Shown here: piece after piece, positions 16,442 through 20,933 of the stretch | Position numbering within the stretch: position 1 is the first letter of the stretch | How the letters are laid out: every line of letters starts with the position of its first letter | Assembly: GCA_964354495.1 (NCBI GenBank) | Contig: CAYHAA010000016.1 | Span: 1-20,933, forward strand | Length of the DNA: 20,933 nucleotides | Direction: 5' to 3' | DNA from: an uncultured archaeon | GTDB taxonomy: Archaea > Asgardarchaeota > Thorarchaeia > Thorarchaeales > Thorarchaeaceae | The notes under the pieces: model-generated | The model's input: the letters and a program-made list of their open reading frames with translations, nothing else | Databases searched by the model: none | Told to the model about the DNA's origin: nothing | Translations under genes and position numbers: made by a program

Positions 16442-17463
16442 CTAGCGAATTGGACCATGCTAGAATTGCTTCGGATGGTAGTATCTTCATGGGCAAGAAC
16501 TTCTGTGCTGATGGATTCAGCTTCCAGAGAAAGTACTCAATATATACTCATATCCACGAGGACCATATCGGACAATTCGATAGTAGTCTAGGCTATTGTG
16601 ACCTGATTATAGCTTCAAAAGCAACTGTGGATTTGCTTAAGGCTATTAAAGGAGAGTATCTATCTATAAGAGATAATCTTGTTGGATTGGCTTTTGAAAA
16701 ACCGCTGAATCTTGATGATGGAACCGTCACTTTGTTCCCAGCAACGCACATATTGGGATCTGCACAAGTACTTGTCGAAACTGATGACAAGAGAATAGTC
16801 TATACTGGGGATTTTGATTGTCCGGGAACCGAACCAGTGGAATGTGATATTCTGATCATTGACTCAACACATGGAATGACGAAGTATGATTACAGTATGA
16901 TTGAAAAGGACAAGGCCAAAGCAGAGCTTCTTGAATTAGTCAGGTCTTTTCACCGGAATTCGGAATTGCCTATTTTGGTTCGTGCGTTTCGGGGGAGACT
17001 GCAGAGCATTATGCACGAACTCAGAAGCACCAGAACATGCAATGGAGTGCTGTTTGTATCCTCAGAACCGGACTATAGGATAGCGAAAGTGTATCAGGAA
17101 TATGGGTATGCATCAACTCCATTACAGGAAATCGATTCGAGGCTGCCTCTCAGCACGCAGGTCAATGATCCAGTGTATATTGCATTCTTGCCGATTGGAG
17201 CTGGCAACAATTATGATTCATCTCATAACGTCATAGAAATCAACAGCTATGGAGTGAGCGGGCCCTACACAAGAATCAACAAGAGGAAGTATAGATTATG
17301 TTGGTCCGACCATGCGGACTTCAAAGGGCTGATTGGCTATATTGAAAAATCAGGAGCGCGAACTGTCATAACCGATACAATTCGTGGTCAAGGTTATCCT
17401 CTTGCCGAATACATCAACAAGGAGATGGGAAATCGTGTGAAAGCTATAGCAGGTGGAGGTTAA
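16438..17463 (+). CDS. Metallo-beta-lactamase-fold nuclease of beta-CASP type (SNM1/Artemis/aCPSF-like)
   Basis: THIHEDH (HxHxDH), ATHILGSAQV, VYTGDF, IIDSTHG (motif A) and WSDHAD (motif B). Confidence 0.88.
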   Translation: MTSELDHARIASDGSIFMGKNFCADGFSFQRKYSIYTHIHEDHIGQFDSSLGYCDLIIASKATVDLLKAIKGEYLSIRDNLVGLAFEKPLNLDDGTVTLFPATHILGSAQVLVETDDKRIVYTGDFDCPGTEPVECDILIIDSTHGMTKYDYSMIEKDKAKAELLELVRSFHRNSELPILVRAFRGRLQSIMHELRSTRTCNGVLFVSSEPDYRIAKVYQEYGYASTPLQEIDSRLPLSTQVNDPVYIAFLPIGAGNNYDSSHNVIEINSYGVSGPYTRINKRKYRLCWSDHADFKGLIGYIEKSGARTVITDTIRGQGYPLAEYINKEMGNRVKAIAGGG

Positions 17464-17504
17464 CTTTGAATGTGGCTTGCCCAGTTCATTTTCCGTGCTA
17501 TACA

Positions 17505-18326
17505 TTACAAGGATAGCTGTGTGTAATGTGACTCCAAGTTCAATATCGTGGCAATCTCCTTGTATCTATTTCGAAGTGTTACCTCGCTTACACCAGCTGC
17601 CTCAGCGATCTTGACCTGCCCCAATCTGATTCCTGATTGGTAACATGCTAAGTATATGGCAGCTGCAGCTATTCCCCAAGGATCTTTCCCTGATGCCAAA
17701 TCAATCGCTCTTGCAGATTGCAGAGTCTGCTTCGAGATTTCCTCAATCTCTTTAGGGGCGCCTAGCAGTTCACATACCCTTTCAACCACTTTTAATGGGT
17801 CATATTGCGGGATGTCCTGATCAATGATTGACGCTACTATTCTGTAGGAACGACCTATACTCTTCGAACTTACTTTTGCCAGAGGAGCAATATGAGATAG
17901 CTGCCGCGGATTTCCATTTATCCTGCATGCAGCATATATAGCTGCAGCAGCAATGGATGCTGCTTTCTTCCCTCTTATGAAACCACCTCTTCCTGCTTTG
18001 CCCAGAATCTCAAATGCAAGTTCTCTTGTTTCCCGAGGCAATTCTAGCGCAGACATAATGTTGCTGAAAAGGAACATTAAGGTCGGAACTGTGTGTTTCT
18101 GTGACTTCCTTGCACTTTCATCCAAAACTCGAATCTCTAGGTGTTCCTGTTTTGATGGCCTATGGCTCAAGGTGAATTGTGACTCCCCTTTTCTCTCGTA
18201 TTTCAATCTCTTTACTACAGCTCTGCTATTATCACCACTCCTTGATGAACTTCTATCTTCCAATAGGTGTTCACTGAGAGTCAATTGTTTGAACCGACTT
18301 GATCTCTTCTTCTCCCCCTTCTTCAT
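17505..18326 (-). CDS. tfb: Transcription initiation factor IIB (TFB) paralogue lacking the N-terminal zinc ribbon
   Basis: Two cyclin repeats (IRGKKAASIAAAAIYAACR; SGKDPWGIAAAAIYLAC) and a BRE-binding HTH (IAEAAGVSEVTLRNRYKEI). The preferred start is the ATG at 18326, 8 nt after an AGGTGA SD; the ORF track extends to a TTG at 18383. Confidence 0.9.
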   Translation of the reverse strand: MKKGEKKRSSRFKQLTLSEHLLEDRSSSRSGDNSRAVVKRLKYERKGESQFTLSHRPSKQEHLEIRVLDESARKSQKHTVPTLMFLFSNIMSALELPRETRELAFEILGKAGRGGFIRGKKAASIAAAAIYAACRINGNPRQLSHIAPLAKVSSKSIGRSYRIVASIIDQDIPQYDPLKVVERVCELLGAPKEIEEISKQTLQSARAIDLASGKDPWGIAAAAIYLACYQSGIRLGQVKIAEAAGVSEVTLRNRYKEIATILNLESHYTQLSL

Positions 18327-18712
18327 ATAGCCCATCACCTTGCAGAAACATTCTGGCAATAATGCAGATGACGCAATCTTCAAAAAACCCCTTGAAAAGA
18401 GAACCAGATTGATACCAATAGAGGATTCAAACTTTTAACGCTTACTGATGTATATCCTCAGAACTGTAGCACTCGTAGTTGGGATACATGAAATAGAGTT
18501 TCACATCCTTCTAAATGAATCCCTTGGATTATGTCTTCATACCCTTGATTCTAGACTGGCTGGTGTGTACAAAGGATTTCAAGTGGAAACTCCGATTGCG
18601 TTCAATGAATTCTACATCGCTGATATCGCTTTGAGCATCATTTGCAATCCACCAATGAGTCTGGTCAACGAGTTCTAGGTCGCCAAGAACGGTCAGCCTA
18701 TCTACCAGAAGA

Positions 18713-18871
18713 CTACTTCTTTGAACGCCTCTTGGGTCTGAGGTCTCTTGTGTGGCACTTTCTGCACTTGACCGCCTTGAGCGGATTAGTTGCTCCACAG
18801 TATCTACATACTGATTTGTACAGCAAGTAGTGCTGTGCAAGCCTGCGTTTTTCGATGTCCGCTATTGGCAT
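18713..18871 (-). CDS. rpl40e: Large-subunit ribosomal protein L40e (52 aa; below the ORF-track cutoff)
   Basis: Manual translation gives MPIADIEKRRLAQHYLLYKSVCRYCGATNPLKAVKCRKCHTRDLRPKRRSKK*. It has the CxxCGATNP...CRKC...LRPK signature and a GAGGT SD upstream. Confidence 0.96.
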   Translation of the reverse strand: MPIADIEKRRLAQHYLLYKSVCRYCGATNPLKAVKCRKCHTRDLRPKRRSKK

Positions 18872-18949
18872 CTCACTTCGACCTCTTCATCTTGATGGCA
18901 GTTAGAGTAATCTCTGACGAGCCCACTCGGGCTTTCCACCAGTGTTCTG

Positions 18950-18957
18950 TTTTAAAA
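18950..18957 (-). promoter_or_regulatory. Putative TATA box upstream of rpl40e
   Basis: TTTTAAAA in the sucD-rpl40e intergenic region, about 80 nt upstream of the ATG. Confidence 0.45.
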
Positions 18958-19053
18958 GCTTGTGCTCCGGTCCGCCAGTAATACTAGGAAGAGGCGTTGC
19001 TGAGCGTTGGTGGACAGGCCTGTTCTCATGACTCCTGTCTGCAGGATCTTGCT

Positions 19054-19923
19054 CTACATCAGTTCTTTGAGCAGGCGCGAGATATCACTTGGTCTCTCGG
19101 CCACAGAGATACCAGCATCATTCAATGCCTTGATCTTTGATGCCGCTGTGCCAGAGCTTCCACTGATTATGGCTCCTGCATGTCCCATTCTCTTGCCCGG
19201 TGGTGCGGTCCTTCCTGCAATGAATCCGACTACAGGTAGGTCATAGTTGTCCTTGATATAGACCGCCGCTCTCTCCTCAGCATCGCCGCCTATCTCACCC
19301 ACTAAGACGAGTGCCTTTGTACTCCTGTCTTTCTGGAACATCTTCACTGCCTCAATAGTTGTCAACCCGACACAGGGGTCTCCGCCCAATCCGACAGCAG
19401 TTGAGATACCTATTCCTGCCTGTGTCATACCTGCAGCGATCTCATAGGTGAGTGTGCCGCTCCGGGACATGAGCCCTACCTTGCCGGAAGCAAAGATGTG
19501 ACCGGGCATGATGCCGACCTTCTGCTTTGCGCCTGGTGTAATGATTCCTGGAGTATTCGGGCCAATAATCGTGATGCCCTTCCTCTTTGCCTCGTGGATT
19601 ATCTGAATCTCGTCTTTGACTGGAACATGCTCAGTGATCACCACAATGGGGTTCAGGTCAGAGGCGATGGCCTCCAAGGTGGCATCTCCAGCAAAGGGTG
19701 CGGGAACAAAGATGATCGATGCTGTGGCATTCTGCGCCTCCTTTGCCTCTCTCACGCTATCGTAGACTGGCACGCCATGCACATCTTCTCCGGCCTTGCC
19801 GGGAGACGTGCCAGCGACAATCTTTGTGCCATACTCTAGCATGGCAGCGGTGTGGAACGTTCCCTGCCCTCCGGTTATCCCTTGGACAATGATTCGTGTG
19901 CCCTTGTTGACAAGTATTGCCAT
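19054..19923 (-). CDS. sucD: Succinyl-CoA synthetase alpha subunit
   Basis: IIVQGITGGQGTFHT, IIGPNTPG, SRSGTLTYE, GLGGDP, LVGEIGG, and phospho-His motif PPGKRMGHAGAII. Confidence 0.97.
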   Translation of the reverse strand: MAILVNKGTRIIVQGITGGQGTFHTAAMLEYGTKIVAGTSPGKAGEDVHGVPVYDSVREAKEAQNATASIIFVPAPFAGDATLEAIASDLNPIVVITEHVPVKDEIQIIHEAKRKGITIIGPNTPGIITPGAKQKVGIMPGHIFASGKVGLMSRSGTLTYEIAAGMTQAGIGISTAVGLGGDPCVGLTTIEAVKMFQKDRSTKALVLVGEIGGDAEERAAVYIKDNYDLPVVGFIAGRTAPPGKRMGHAGAIISGSSGTAASKIKALNDAGISVAERPSDISRLLKELM

Positions 19924-20933
19924 CTATGCAGCCTCCTTTACCAGCTCGACAACCTTGGAAGCAGCATCCTCCATCGTTTTGAGGAATGGAATTCCTGCCT
20001 CATTGAGTATCTCCTGTCCTTCCTTCTCGTTTGTGCCAACCATGCGGATGACCATGGGCACGGTGATATCCCCATCCTCCCGAGCCGACAGGATTCCCTT
20101 AGCAACCTCGTCACATCTCGTGATTCCGCCCATTATGTTGACAAGGATTGCCCTCACGTTCGAGTACATCATTGCAATCTCAATACCTCGCTTCACCCTC
20201 TGTGCATCTGATCCTCCACCAAGGTCTAGAAATGTGCTTGCTCTACCACCGTAGAGGGACACTGCATCAAGTGTTGCCATGGTCAGACCTGCACCATTAC
20301 AGATGCATGCAATATTGCCATCAAGTTCCACGTATGCCATATCATTCTCTGCCGCAAGACGCTCCCTCTCGTTCTGTTCCAGAGGTTCACGCTTGATCTT
20401 CTGTATGATGTCCTTGTGCCTGAATAGGGAGCTATCATCGATGTTCAATCGCGCATCTGCAGCAAGGAATCTACCATCTGTGGTCAGGATAAGCGGGTTG
20501 ATCTCGGTCAGCTCAACATCAAGGGCGTTCACGATATTCCACAGGGTCGAGAGGAAGCTGGCGAGCTGAGTGATCTGTTTTCCTCTGAATCCCATCGCAA
20601 TAGCCATCTCTCGGGCTTCATAGGCTTGAAAGCCGAGGTTCGGGTCCACATGCCTCATGATGATCTTCTCGGGACTCTCTTCAGCCAGTTCCTCAATCGA
20701 CATGCCTCCTGCAGCACTGCCGATCATGATGTACTTACGTTCATTTCTATCGACCGTGACGCCAAGGTAGATCTCTTGCTGAATGATGAGTTTCTCCTCG
20801 ATGAGCACTGCTTCTACGGGTAGATCATTGATTCTCATCGCCAAGATCTCTCTGGCGTGCTTTTGCGCTTGTTCTGGTGTATCTGCGAATTTCACGCCGC
20901 CCGCCTTTCCTCTCTTCCCCGCAAGCACCTGTG
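19924..20933 (-). CDS. sucC: Succinyl-CoA synthetase beta subunit (5' end outside the window)
   Basis: GKRGKAGGVK, EINPL, CNGAGLTMATLD, FLDLGGG, NIMGGITRCDEVAKGI, and IRMVGTNE. The stop codon abuts the sucD ATG. Confidence 0.97.
   Translation of the reverse strand, partial: QVLAGKRGKAGGVKFADTPEQAQKHAREILAMRINDLPVEAVLIEEKLIIQQEIYLGVTVDRNERKYIMIGSAAGGMSIEELAEESPEKIIMRHVDPNLGFQAYEAREMAIAMGFRGKQITQLASFLSTLWNIVNALDVELTEINPLILTTDGRFLAADARLNIDDSSLFRHKDIIQKIKREPLEQNERERLAAENDMAYVELDGNIACICNGAGLTMATLDAVSLYGGRASTFLDLGGGSDAQRVKRGIEIAMMYSNVRAILVNIMGGITRCDEVAKGILSAREDGDITVPMVIRMVGTNEKEGQEILNEAGIPFLKTMEDAASKVVELVKEAA

Larger units (their letters stand above)
510..18660. mobile_element. Putative horizontally acquired defence island (boundaries approximate; no integrase or att repeats seen)
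   Basis: Dense cluster of R-M, Dnd and nuclease genes. Spot G+C counts per 60 nt: 35/60 (1-60) and 34/60 (19681-19740) in the flanks, versus 23/60 (781-840), 25/60 (10561-10620), 26/60 (16681-16740) and 26/60 (17881-17940) inside. Confidence 0.55.

Noticed and set aside
18290-18400. Alternative frame upstream of tfb containing CVIC, considered as a frameshifted zinc ribbon
   Set aside because: Only one CxxC, with no CGxV or D-x-G-x-EWR continuation. It does not resemble a TFB ribbon.
18448-18840. Overlapping small ORFs 18448..18678 (+) and 18529..18840 (-)
   Set aside because: The minus ORF overlaps rpl40e in another frame, and neither has recognisable motifs or a clear start.
18873-18890. 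Mini-uORF ATG AAG AGG TCG AAG TGA (MKRSK) just before rpl40e
   Set aside because: Most simply explained as the GAGGT Shine-Dalgarno region, and too short for L41e.
1-20933. tRNA, rRNA, CRISPR arrays, IS elements; remaining short antisense ORFs in the track
   Set aside because: I saw no cloverleaf/T-loop signatures, repeat-spacer periodicity, terminal inverted repeats or transposase motifs. The short ORFs are shadows of the well-supported genes.

Overview
Archaeal window: it encodes L40e, a TFB homologue and archaeal TATA/SD signals. An Asgard (Thorarchaeia-like) origin is my impression only and is unverified. Host-type genes lie at both ends: a GNAT acetyltransferase on the left, and rpl40e, sucD and a 5'-truncated sucC on the right. 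Between them is an approximately 18-kb lower-GC defence island with no integrase or att site visible. From left to right the island holds: (1) a Ski2/Hel308-like helicase with an extra C-terminal Mrr-like PD-(D/E)xK domain; (2) a DpnII-like R-M locus, comprising a Dam/DpnM-family MTase, a second amino-MTase carrying an N-terminal HTH and a degenerate duplicate MTase domain, and a divergent DpnII-family endonuclease; (3) a 243-aa gene with a putative DNA-binding domain fused to a PD-(D/E)xK nuclease; (4) a complete DNA phosphorothioation operon dndB-C-D-E-A, without the known partners dndFGH or pbeABCD in the window; (5) divergent from dndB, a tightly coupled three-gene operon of ParB, a paralogous ParB lacking the CTPase domain, and a beta-CASP/MBL nuclease; (6) a TFB lacking the zinc ribbon. 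The best candidates for undescribed biology are the ParB/ParB-deltaN/beta-CASP operon sharing a promoter region with dnd, and the non-canonical nucleases that could be the missing phosphorothioate-linked effectors. All family calls come from motif recognition by eye; no searches were run.
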